Notes under the pieces: generated by a model | Told to the model about the DNA's origin: nothing | Seen by the model: only the letters and a program-made list of their open reading frames with translations | The model's database searches: none | Translations under genes and position numbers: made by a program | From: Ranitomeya imitator | Lineage: Eukaryota | DNA: 64,000 nucleotides | NCBI RefSeq assembly: GCF_032444005.1 | Contig: NC_091284.1 | Span: forward strand, 700,476,001 to 700,540,000 | Reading direction: 5' to 3' | Shown here: positions 56,901 to 62,808 of the stretch, piece after piece | Numbering within the stretch: the stretch's first letter is position 1 | How the letters are laid out: each line of letters opens with the position of its first letter

Positions 56901-58953
56901 ACAGCAGGAGGGACACTGAGGAACTGTCGAACAGGTTAGGTGGGCAGAAAATGAGTTTAAACTTCCAAAAATAAACGGCAAAAATTAAACGGCCATTCTG
57001 TCACAGGTTTTCAAAGTAAGAACATCATCCACATCAGATCTGAGAACCATTTTTATTGTATGTACAGTTAGGGCCAGAAATATTTGGACAGTGACACAAT
57101 TTTCGCGAGTTGGGCTCTGCATGCCACCACATTGGATTTGAAATGAAACCTCTACAACAGAATTCAAGTGCAGATTGTAACGTTTAATTTGAAGGGTTGA
57201 ACAAAAATATCTGATAGAAAATGTAGGAATTGTACACATTTCTTTACAAACACTCCACATTTTAGGAGGTCAAAAGTAATTGGACAAATAAACATAACCC
57301 AAACAAAATATTTTTATTTTCAATATTTTGTTGCAAATCCTTTGGAGGCAATCACTGCCTTAAGTCTGGAACCCATGGACATCACCAAACGCTGGGTTTC
57401 CTCCTTCTTAATGCTTTGCCAGGCCTTTACAGCCGCAGCCTTCAGGTCTTGCTTGTTTATGGGTCTTTCCGTCTTAAGTCTGGATTTGAGCAAGTGAAAT
57501 GCATGCTCAATTGGGTTTAGATCTGGAGATTGACTTGGCCATTGCAGAATGTTCCACTTTTTGGCACTCATGAACTCCTGGGTAGCTTTGGCTGTATGCT
57601 TGGGGTCATTGTCCATCTGTACTATGAAGCGCCGTCCAATCAACTTTGCAGCATTTGGCTGAATCTTGGCTGAAAGTATATCCCGGTACACTTCAGAATT
57701 CATCCGGCTACTCTTGTCTGCTCTTATGTCATCAATAAACACAAGTGACCCAGTGCCATTGAAAGCCATGCATGCCCATGCCATCACGTTGCCTCCACCA
57801 TGTTTTACAGAGGATGTGGTGTGCCTTGGATCATGTGCCGTTCCCTTTCTTCTCCAAACTTTTTTCTTCCCATCATTCTGGTACAGGTTGATCTTTGTCT
57901 CATCTGTCCATAGAATACTTTTCCAGAACTGAGCTGGCTTCTTGAGGTGTTTTTCTGCAAATTTAACTCTGGCCTGTCTATTTTTGGTATTGATGAATGC
58001 TTTGCATCTAGATGTGAACCCTTTGTATTTACTGTCATGGAGTTTTCTCTTTACTGTTGACTTAGAGACAGATACACCTACTTCACTGAGAGTGTTCTGG
58101 ACTTCAGTTGATGTTGTGAACGGGTTCTTCTTCACCAAATTAAGTATGCGGCGATCATCCACCACTGTTGTCATCCGTGGACGCCCAGGCCTTTTTGAGT
58201 TCCCAAACTCACCAGTCAATTCCTTTTTTCTCAGAATGTACCCAACTGTTGATTTTGCTACTCCAAGCATGTCTGCTATCTCTCTGATGGATTTTTTCTT
58301 TTTTTTCAGCCTCAGGATGTTCTGCTTCACCTCAATTGAGAGTTCCTTTGACCGCATGTTGTCTGCTCACAGCAACGGCTTCCAAATGCAAAACCACACA
58401 CCTGGAATCCACCCCTGACCTTTTAACTACTTAATTGATTACAGGTTAACGAAGGAGACGCCTTCAGAGTTAATTGCAGTCCTTAGAGTCCATTGTCCAA
58501 TTACTTTTGGTCCCTTGAAAAAGAGGACGCTATGCATTACAGAGCTATGATTCCTAAACCCTTTCTCCGATTTGGATGTGGAAACTATCATATTGCAGCT
58601 GGGAGTGTGCACTTTCAGCACATATTATATATATAATTGTATTTCTGAACATGTTTTTGTAAACAGCTAAAATAACAAAACTTGTGTCACTGTCCAAATA
58701 TTTCTGGCCCTAACTGTATGTATGAATGGAGTTTGTATTGTGAAATCTGGTGACAGATCTGCTTTCACCAAAGATGATGGTTTTTACACATGGTTTTATA
58801 AAGCAACTTACACCTTAGTTTCATTGCATGCATTCTTATTAAGTATGATTTTTCTGTACAGTTGGTCAAAAAACTGTTCCAGTATTTAGTCTGATTTTTT
58901 TCTATTCCCAGCAGGACAGTATGACACCGAAGAGCCCAATGGTATGGGTGTAA
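8872..58953 (+). CDS. slc26a10: SLC26 anion transporter, 3' half (last transmembrane helices + STAS domain), 11 exons, 329 aa + stop; 5' exons not found in the window
   Basis: Exons join in frame through ten GT-AG introns. Translation includes [54 protein letters not shown] and [18 protein letters not shown] / VFVTVHDA. The SATLATTN and LPKAVLACIN motifs match SLC26A10 as recalled, not by database search. Confidence 0.88.
9836..11440 (-). mobile_element. Tc1 transposon with about 207-bp IR/DR-type TIRs; transposase 11073-10052 broken by one frameshift
   Basis: TA|CAGTGGGGCAAAAAAG...CTTTTTTGCCCCACTG|TA. The 234-aa and 106-aa ORFs abut at about 10372. Motifs [17 protein letters not shown]. Confidence 0.96.
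11468..13849 (+). mobile_element. Decayed Tc1 (left TIR truncated) interrupted by a LINE fragment
   Basis: Transposase remnants ([22 protein letters not shown]). The right TIR ends GGTCTGCACTG|TA, and its inner part is mirrored at 11468-11530. Confidence 0.85.
12491..13357 (-). mobile_element. 3' end of an L2/CR1-group LINE inserted in the Tc1
   Basis: (AAT)n tract followed by CTTTATTTATATAGCGCC on +, i.e. an (ATT)n tail on -. TCATTTA is repeated at both junctions. The Tc1 frame resumes at 13358. Confidence 0.7.
14649..14726 (+). CDS. slc26a10: Exon [26 protein letters not shown]
   Basis: ttttag acceptor, AAG|gtaaga donor, 78 nt, phase 0/0. Confidence 0.92.
15491..15586 (+). CDS. slc26a10: Exon [32 protein letters not shown]
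   Basis: Long polypyrimidine tract + ccag, TTT|gtgagt donor, 96 nt. Confidence 0.93.
16041..16094. repeat. 18-bp tandem repeat x3 (ACTATGCATTATAACWGT)
   Basis: Directly visible. Confidence 0.85.
16599..18141. mobile_element. Truncated non-autonomous TTAA-type (piggyBac-like) element with an LTR-like insert at about 17309-17807
   Basis: Starts TTAA|CCCCTTAACAACC. The internal segment begins TGTCA and ends TGACA. No right TIR and no clear TSD for the insert. Confidence 0.4.
19275..19381 (+). CDS. slc26a10: Exon [35 protein letters not shown](R)
   Basis: ttttctag acceptor, AAG|gtaggt donor, 107 nt, phase 0/2. Hydrophobic final TM hairpin typical of SLC26. Confidence 0.93.
19658..21309 (-). 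mobile_element. Intact Tc1 transposon, copy 1 (1652 bp)
   Basis: TA TSD. Perfect terminal inverted repeats CAGTTAGGGCCAGAAATATTTGGACAGTGACAC. Inner AAAAGTAATTGGACA motifs near both ends. Confidence 0.98.
19913..20950 (-). CDS. Tc1 DD34E transposase, 345 aa, uninterrupted
   Basis: N-terminal HTH region and GRPR linker. WTDE, MDND and NPIE, with 34 residues between the second D and E. Confidence 0.97.
   Translation of the reverse strand: MRSKELSIEVKQNILRLKKKKKSIREIADMLGVAKSTVGYILRKKELTGELGNSKRPGRPRMTTVVDDRRILNLVKKNPFTTSTEVQNTLSEVGVSVSKSTVKRRLHDSKYKGFTSRCKAFINTKNRQARVKFAEKHLKKPAQFWKSILWTDETKINLYQNDGKKKVWRRKGTAHDPRHTTSSVKHGGGNVMAWACMAFNGTGSLVFIDDIRADKSSRMNSEVYRDILSAQIQPNAAKLIGRRFIVQMDNDPKHTSKATQEFMSAKKWNILQWPSQSPDLNPIEHAFHLLKSRLKTERPTNKQDLKAAAVKAWQSIKKEETQRLVMSMGSRLKAVIASKGFATKY
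21793..22217. mobile_element. T2/Kolobok-type MITE
   Basis: TTAA|AGGGAATGTGTCACCAG...CTGGTGACACATTCCCT|TTAA. Confidence 0.88.
22303..22745 (-). mobile_element. Short non-autonomous Helitron, same family as 32785-34098
   Basis: On the - strand it starts A|TCTATATATATAATTGTCTAAGGG and ends with a hairpin (CCGAT..ATCGG) + CATCTAG|T. Both ends match the 32785 copy. Confidence 0.8.
22886..22955 (+). CDS. slc26a10: Exon (R)[23 protein letters not shown]
   Basis: tttcag acceptor, AAG|gtacat donor, 70 nt, phase 2/0. LG...TEIY pre-STAS linker. Confidence 0.9.
24447..24455 (+). promoter_or_regulatory. PBS of element B (ACAGCAGGC), complementary to LTR GCCTGCTGT at 23801-23809
   Basis: Exact reverse complement. 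TATA-like element at 23771 (TATGTAAA; TATTTAAA at 29126 in the 3' LTR), 30 nt upstream. Confidence 0.8.
24557..29012 (+). pseudogene. Disrupted gag-pol of element B
   Basis: CCHC, FVDSGA, YLDD, integrase and chromodomain motifs. Broken by a MITE at 25533-25860, a frameshift at about 26850 and TGA at 27309. Confidence 0.93.
25533..25860. mobile_element. T2/Kolobok-type palindromic MITE in the protease region of element B
   Basis: TTAA TSD at 25529-32 and 25861-64. Near-perfect 328-bp palindrome. Removing it restores IPLRGIDA. Confidence 0.95.
29882..31033. mobile_element. Probable solo LTR (unrelated family)
   Basis: Ends TGCGATGCCC...GGGCACCACA (imperfect inverted termini). Flanks TATT/CATT. 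No coding content. Confidence 0.6.
31340..32042. mobile_element. 703-bp palindromic MITE with TAA TSD (PIF/Harbinger-type)
   Basis: TAA|AGGTACCTTCACACTAAACGA...CGTTTAGTGTGAAGGTACCT|TAA. The halves are long inverted repeats with nested local hairpins. Confidence 0.9.
32557..32736 (+). CDS. slc26a10: Exon [26 protein letters not shown]...RKMSVSVV (STAS N-terminal part)
   Basis: ttttcag acceptor, GTT|gtaagc donor, 180 nt, phase 0/0. PGVKI..SPIYYGN is the STAS start motif. Confidence 0.93.
32785..34098 (+). mobile_element. Non-autonomous Helitron carrying (CTGT)n and a ~24-bp minisatellite (33585-34040)
   Basis: A|TCTATATATATAAT 5' end. 3' hairpin CCCGAT..ATCGGG followed by CATCTAG|T. No TSD. 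Confidence 0.82.
32808..32993. mobile_element. hAT-type MITE nested in the Helitron 5' end
   Basis: Perfect 8-bp TSD GTCTAAGG at 32800-07 and 32994-33001. TIR CAGTGGTCCCCAACTCC / GGAGTTGGGGACCCCTG. Confidence 0.93.
35965..36025 (+). CDS. slc26a10: Exon [20 protein letters not shown](D) (STAS intervening loop)
   Basis: tattgtag acceptor, AAG|gtacag donor, 61 nt. Supplies the phase 0-to-1 shift needed to join the neighbouring exons. Confidence 0.75.
36380..36665. repeat. About 70-bp tandem repeat x4 (ATAATATCACATACAAGGAACAAATACCAC...)
   Basis: Directly visible degenerate tandem units. Confidence 0.85.
37250..38045. repeat. C-rich minisatellite, unit about 20-21 bp (TGTCTCCAATCCTGCCCCATC), within an unclassified non-autonomous element (about 36370-38400)
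   Basis: Directly visible tandem units. The GC-rich end near 38400 reads GGCCGCCATCAGGGC on -. Confidence 0.85.
39579..42680 (-). CDS. pol region of element C (RT, RNase H, integrase, chromodomain), 1033 aa open; gag/protease (to about 43770) frameshifted at about 42690 and 43640
   Basis: YLDD, RNase H DAS..., HHCC, DRFSK/SDRG/QTER and [14 protein letters not shown] in one uninterrupted frame. Confidence 0.93.
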   Translation of the reverse strand: MLGLPWLQTHNAVLDWNSMSVSSWGCQGVHGDVPFLSISSSTPSEVPEFLSDYQDVFEESKSDALPPHRDCDCAINLIPGSKFPKGRLFNLSVPEHAAMRSYVKESLEKGHIRPSSSPLGAGFFFVAKKDGSLRPCIDYRLLNKITVTFQYPLPLLSDLFARIKGASWFTKIDLRGAYNLVRIRQGDEWKTAFNTPEGHFEYLVMPFGLANAPSVFQSFMHDIFREYLDKFLIVYLDDILIFSDDWESHVKQVRMVFQVLRANSLFVKGSKCLFGVQKVSFLGFIFSPSTIEMDPVKVQAIQDWTQPASLKSLQKFLGFANFYRRFICNFSSIAKPLTDLTKKGADLVNWSSAAVEAFQELKRRFCSAPVLCQPDVSLPFQVEVDASEIGAGAVLSQRGSGCSVLKPCAFFSRKFSAAERNYDVGNRELLAMKWAFEEWRHWLEGAKHRVVVLTDHKNLTFLESAKRLNPRQARWSLFFARFDFVISYLPGSKNVKADALSRSFVPDSPGLSEPASILKEGVIVSAISPDLRRVLQKFQANKPDRCPAEKLFVPDRWTSKVISELHCSVLAGHPGIFGTRELVARSFWWPSLSRDVRTFVQSCGICARAKPCCSRASGLLLPLPVPRRPWTHISMDFISDLPVSQKMSVIWVVCDRFSKMVHLVPLVKLPSSSDLVPLFFQHVVRLHGIPENIVSDRGSQFVSRFWRAFCGRMGIDLSFSSAFHPQTNGQTERTNQTLETYLRCFVSADQDDWVSFLPLAEFALNNRASSATLVSPFFCNSGFHPRFSSGQVESSDCPGVDSVVDRLQQIWTQVVDNLTLSQEKAQLFANRRRRVGPRLRVGDLVWLSSSHIPMKVSSPKFKPRFIGPYRISEILNPVSFRLTLPDSFSIHNVFHRSLLRRFVAPMVPSVEPPAPVLVEGELEYIVEKILDSRVSRRKLQYMVKWKGYAQEDNSWVFASDVHAPDLVRAFHVAHPGRPGGSGEGSVTPPQGGGTVVNSVAEFTPVVTSGTAASGLPPSGVLVSSLAALLFNST
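43874..44283 (+). mobile_element. 5'-truncated CR1 LINE inserted in the leader of Gypsy C
   Basis: Encodes the CR1 ORF2 C-terminus [32 protein letters not shown], then a 3' UTR ending in (ACTATGTT)n. Confidence 0.92.
44292..44300 (-). promoter_or_regulatory. PBS of element C (ACAAGGAGC), complementary to the LTR 9-mer at 44914-44922; TATA at 44946-44952
   Basis: + GCTCCTTGT at 44292-300 is the reverse complement of ACAAGGAGC at 44914-22. TATTTAA is 30 nt upstream in element sense. Confidence 0.8.
45535..47155 (+). mobile_element. Decayed, 3'-truncated Tc1
   Basis: TA|CACTACTGTGTAAAAG left end. Remnants [26 protein letters not shown] and WPAQSPDL, with stops and frameshifts. Confidence 0.85.
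46577..46962. mobile_element. PIF/Harbinger-type MITE within the Tc1 transposase
   Basis: TAA|GGCTACTTTCACACTAGCG...CGCTAGTGTGAAAGTAGCC|TAA. Removing it restores GILNKEGY. Confidence 0.93.
47695..49017 (+). mobile_element. Highly decayed Tc1/mariner-family element
   Basis: Fragmented transposase ([21 protein letters not shown]). Terminal motif TGCAAAATTATTAGGCA is repeated at 47699 and 47876. Confidence 0.7.
49064..49143 (+). CDS. slc26a10: Exon (D)[26 protein letters not shown] (STAS core)
   Basis: tttctacag acceptor, CAG|gtcagt donor, 80 nt, phase 1/0. D.S....D..G STAS signature. Confidence 0.93.
49318..49540 (-). mobile_element. CR1 3'-end fragment
   Basis: Begins (CA)TAGAATCATAGAAT on +, i.e. 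an (ATTCTATG)n tail on -, followed by CR1-like ORF2-end sequence. Confidence 0.7.
50562..50938. mobile_element. Two abutting Harbinger-type MITEs (50562-50745 and 50749-50938)
   Basis: TAA|GGCTGCCGTCACACTA..TAGTGTGACGGCAGCC|TTA|GGGCTCTTTCAGAC..GTCTGAAAGTACCC|TAA. Confidence 0.85.
51050..51104 (+). CDS. slc26a10: Exon [18 protein letters not shown](A)
   Basis: tatttag acceptor, ATG|gtgagc donor, 55 nt, phase 0/1. Confidence 0.92.
52007..52113 (+). CDS. slc26a10: Exon (A)[35 protein letters not shown]
   Basis: ccttccag acceptor, ATG|gtaagg donor, 107 nt, phase 1/0. F.TVHDA marks the end of the STAS domain. Confidence 0.93.
52500..54070 (+). mobile_element. Tc1 with about 200-bp TIRs and decayed transposase
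   Basis: TA|CAGTGCCTTGCGAAAGTATTCGG...CCGAATACTTTCGCAAGGCACTG|[16 protein letters not shown] and SPDLNPVE lie in broken frames. Confidence 0.95.
55179..56562. mobile_element. Solo LTR (1384 bp) with 5-bp TSD
   Basis: AAAAT|TGTAAC...GTGACA|AAAAT. Internally repetitive and non-coding. Confidence 0.85.
57065..58716 (-). mobile_element. Intact Tc1 transposon, copy 2 (1652 bp)
   Basis: Same TIRs, length and TA TSD as 19658-21309; about 15 differences by eye. Confidence 0.98.
57320..58357 (-). CDS. Tc1 DD34E transposase, 345 aa, uninterrupted
   Basis: 5 aa differences from the 19913-20950 protein. Catalytic triad intact. Confidence 0.97.
   Translation of the reverse strand: MRSKELSIEVKQNILRLKKKKKSIREIADMLGVAKSTVGYILRKKELTGEFGNSKRPGRPRMTTVVDDRRILNLVKKNPFTTSTEVQNTLSEVGVSVSKSTVKRKLHDSKYKGFTSRCKAFINTKNRQARVKFAEKHLKKPAQFWKSILWTDETKINLYQNDGKKKVWRRKGTAHDPRHTTSSVKHGGGNVMAWACMAFNGTGSLVFIDDIRADKSSRMNSEVYRDILSAKIQPNAAKLIGRRFIVQMDNDPKHTAKATQEFMSAKKWNILQWPSQSPDLNPIEHAFHLLKSRLKTERPINKQDLKAAAVKAWQSIKKEETQRLVMSMGSRLKAVIASKGFATKY
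58912..58953 (+). CDS. slc26a10: Probable terminal exon [13 protein letters not shown]
   Basis: Polypyrimidine tract + CAGCAG tandem acceptor, in-frame TAA, AATAAA about 190 nt downstream. Short and not motif-confirmed. Confidence 0.65.
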   Translation, partial: QDSMTPKSPMVWV

Positions 58954-59145
58954 AAACCTTCTGTTACTGAGAATATTGAAATGAGCAATGAAAGACTAAT
59001 TTCAAAGTACTACTTGCTGAAAAGTAGGAGCATTTTTAGCAGTTTGGATTCCGATGAGGATTCTTGGACTGAGTGTTACCGATCAGCCATGGTTTTTACT
59101 CAACTGAAACAAGAGACGCAGGAACAGATCATTGTTAGGTTATGA

Positions 59146-59151
59146 AATAAA
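59146..59151 (+). promoter_or_regulatory. Candidate polyadenylation signal
   Basis: AATAAA, with ATTAAA at 59160, downstream of the stop codon. Confidence 0.45.
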
Positions 59152-60024
59152 CATTACCTATTAAAGACATGAACTTATCAATTACTGTATCACTGTAAAA
59201 TGCCATCAGGCTGTGAGAACTTATCCCTGGCAGGGAAAATCCCAATTTTTAGCACAGATTTCTCATGGACTTTACTTCAAGCCATTATGATCTATTCATG
59301 ATACTTGTAGTACAACCTTGATGGCAAACAACCTGGAACTTTTCACAATCTGTTTAATTTTAATATCTATAAAGCTGTCAATTAGGAAGTATGGAAATGT
59401 CTTGATTAAAATATGGTATTGGAAAAAAAATCATAAATGATGTATTAAAGGAGAATGCTTTATGTGCCACACATGTGTCATCAGTGATAGTTTATTAAAG
59501 CCAAACATCACTAACAGTTCCAAGGTAAAAAAAAAAACAATCTGTCAGCAGGATTTCACCACCAAACTATTTATTTGTGCATGTAACTCTTTCCCAGCAG
59601 AGTCAAGAAATCACTTTATATGGCCAGTCTGTTCCACCATTACTCAGAAATTAGAGTTTGAGTTGATATACAAATGAGGTTAAGAGACTATGGTAGCTCT
59701 AAACACTCTGTCACTCCATCTCTATTCCATAGCCTCGATGCTGCATGGCTTCAGACCAAGGAATTGTTAGTCAGGCAGGAGGAGGCAGTGCTGGGAACGG
59801 AACAGAGCTGTAGTGACAGAGGCTTCATATCTATAATCCCTTTGTACATCAACTCAAACACTGATTTCTTAGTATTGAAAGAACAGACTGATCATATAAA
59901 GGTATCATTGGACTTGAGATTAAAAGAACTACATGCTTCCTTATAGACAAGCCCCAGACAATACAAGACGTAACTTAAATATTATCCATTCAGCAAAGCA
60001 AAGCAAATCCCCTTAATGGTATTA

Positions 60025-61636
60025 GGCTTAAATATAGAAAAGGCTTTGGGTTCAATTTCATGGTCCTTTTCTTTTTTTTATCCTTTACGAACTTGGTTTC
60101 CCATCTGGTCTGATTAAATCCTTACAACTACCATATGATTCCCCCACCGCCTATTTAAAATTGCCCACCACAAAACCATTAGCCATTAATATACTGTACA
60201 GGGGGAATGAGACAGGGATGTCCCTTGTCCCCTGCTCTATTTGCACTAGTGATGGAGCCCCTAGCGGAAGCTATTAGAACACATTCTGATATTAAGGGAT
60301 ATAATTTAGATAATAAGAAGGATGATTATAAGGTGAGTTTATTTGCAGACGACCTTCTATTGACCATTTCACAACCCAATATATCTATACCCAATCTTTT
60401 TACGGTATTCCACTCCTTTGAACAGATCTCTGGTCTAAAAATGAATGTGGAAAAGTCAGAAGCGATGCTTATCAACACACCTGATCCGGTACAAGACCAC
60501 ATTATTTCCCAATTTAAATTTACTAAAAAAGAACACTACCTAATGTACCTAGGCATTAACCTCATCACTAATAGATCATCCTTATGTACGTGGAATTATA
60601 CCCCACTAATTTAAAAGCTTTCTACTGACCTCTCTATATGGTCCAACCCATCATTGTCACGGTGGGGACACATTCACTCTATAAAAATGGTTACATTACC
60701 ACGTTTCCTTTATCTATTTAGATCATTACCAATATTGATACCCAGCATAATATTTTTAAAACTCCACTCATTAATCTCCAAATTCATTTGGCAAGTAAAA
60801 CAACCTTGAAACGCTAAGCGAATAATGTTTATTCATAGAATATTAGGGGCATTATCTCTTCCCAATTTCTCTCTATATTACAAAGCAGCCAAAATAGCTC
60901 AATTGACAATAATCTCCTCAATTTCTAATATGCCTAGGTGGGTAAACTTAGAATATTCCCTAATAACTCCTTTTTCTTTTACAGGACTTACGTGGTCAAC
61001 AAATCAGATATATCCTAACATGGTGAGGGTAGCCCCATATACTCATCACACTCTGTCTTTATGGGAAAAAATAACATTTCACTTTCAATTACAATCAAAT
61101 CCATCTCCAATATTATCTTTATTATACAATCCAATGTTTGTTCCGGGTCTAGAAATCAGTTCTTTCAAGTGGTGGTTATCTAAAAAGATTACTATTCTAA
61201 AATATATCTGGTCACCAGCTTATATTGTCATGACAAGACCAGATTTTATTCAAAAATACAACCCGCCTTCGACAGAAGTGATGTACATCAATTAAGTTTT
61301 ACACTTTGTTAAAAAAAAACTCGGGTGATCTGAATGAGCCTTCCTTTACAACCTTCGAACGAAAATGCCTCTATGACCCTTTTGGCTGTGGGACTATCTC
61401 TTTACTTTACTCCATATTTATCGCTCTACCTAACAACAAGAAAATGGAATACATGGCTCAATTGGAAGAAGACCTGGGTTCTGTTCTATCTAATGAGACC
61501 TGGCTCCACTGTTTGTCGAAAGGCAGTAATCAAACTTCTTTATCTGAAACATCTCTCAAATTACTACACAGAACATATTATGTCCCCACAGAACTTCCTA
61601 AAATATACCCTAATATATCAGACAGATGCTTTAGGG
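60025..61636 (+). mobile_element. Decayed L1/Tx1-clade LINE ORF2 fragment (RT domain to the start of the C-terminal cysteine region)
   Basis: IEKAF, RQGCPLSPALF, LFADD and YLGI motifs. Frames are broken, and the match ends abruptly at ..SDRCFRG. Confidence 0.88.
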
Positions 61637-61957
61637 GTAAAGAACCTCACAAACTTGCAGTCAATAATTCCCATAAAACTATAACTTTATTAGTACAAAA
61701 ATACATATATGAAACTGTGAACAGGTACATAAAACACAGGGAGAAAACAGGATACGCACTAGATGGCAGTACATATGCCCACAGGCTCAAGGCCGACCGA
61801 CTACAGCATCATCCGTGCGGCAAGATAAAAGATAGGGGGCCTACGATCAATCATACGTGGAATCCATAACCCCAACCACCGCATCCTAGTAGCACAATAA
61901 TGTAAACAATGTATAGATAGATAGCTACCTGATGGTGTCACAGCCAGCAGCCAGGAG

Positions 61958-62007
61958 CACACCCGACGCGCGTTTCGGAGCGCAATGCTCCTTCCTCAGG
62001 GGGCGTG
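61958..62007 (-). ncRNA. Minimal type I hammerhead ribozyme
   Basis: - strand CACGCCCC CUGAGGA A GGAGC-AUUGC-GCUCC GAAA CGCGCG UC^ GGGUGUG: CUGANGA and GAAA cores, 5-bp stem II, palindromic stem III, GUC cleavage triplet. Confidence 0.85.
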
Positions 62008-62808
62008 GATAAATGTGCACAGTGTCCTCCTTTTATGGCAGTAAAACCGGAAGTATCCGGTATATTACCCATAATGCGCTGCCCGTCGCCGCCGCGGCTG
62101 CACCCGTCGTCCACGTCACCAGCACGGAGGGAGCACGTGGGGCCCCACGTGCTCACTCACCGCATAGCCATGGGAACGCCGGGCCGCCGCCCTCCCTCGG
62201 CACAGCGCATGCGCGAAAAAGCCGCGGCCATATTAAAGAAGAAAATAACAAAGGGCAAACAGTTCGTCTCACGGCCGTAAGTGGAACCATAAAACAAGGG
62301 GAAGGGGGAAAAAAAGAAGGAAGAGGGGAGAAAAAAGGTCGCCGCACACCCTCAATACCGCGCATAAACATAGCAGGCGCGGCCATATTGGAAGAGGGCA
62401 TAACCAAGGGCAAAACAGCCCCTATACGGCTACAGGTGACCCATAGACAGAGAACAACAACAAACATATGTCATAGAACAATAAGAACAAAAGAAACACA
62501 ATTACAATAATATATAAAATAAAAATTCATAAACATGACAATGTAAAAACAACAAAAAAGGAAAACACGGCAATATACAACATATATGGCCCAAAGCAAG
62601 TCCATAAATAGCCGAGGATTCCCTTGTATGAACTCCATTGGATAGAAGAGATACGCAGGTCCTTAGACAGTCACCAAACCAAACCTCCATCCTACGGACA
62701 CATCCTCCAAGCATGACAATATCTATATGAGAACAAGAATAAAAATACAAAAATTAAAACAAGAACAGCCAAACAAGTGCGCATCAAGGCGATGCAGAGG
62801 ACACCCCA

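Noticed and set aside
61636-61869. C-terminal part of the 187-aa ORF as L1 protein
   Set aside because: After ..RCFRG the frame runs into the antisense strand of the Penelope-like tail; it is a chimeric read-through.
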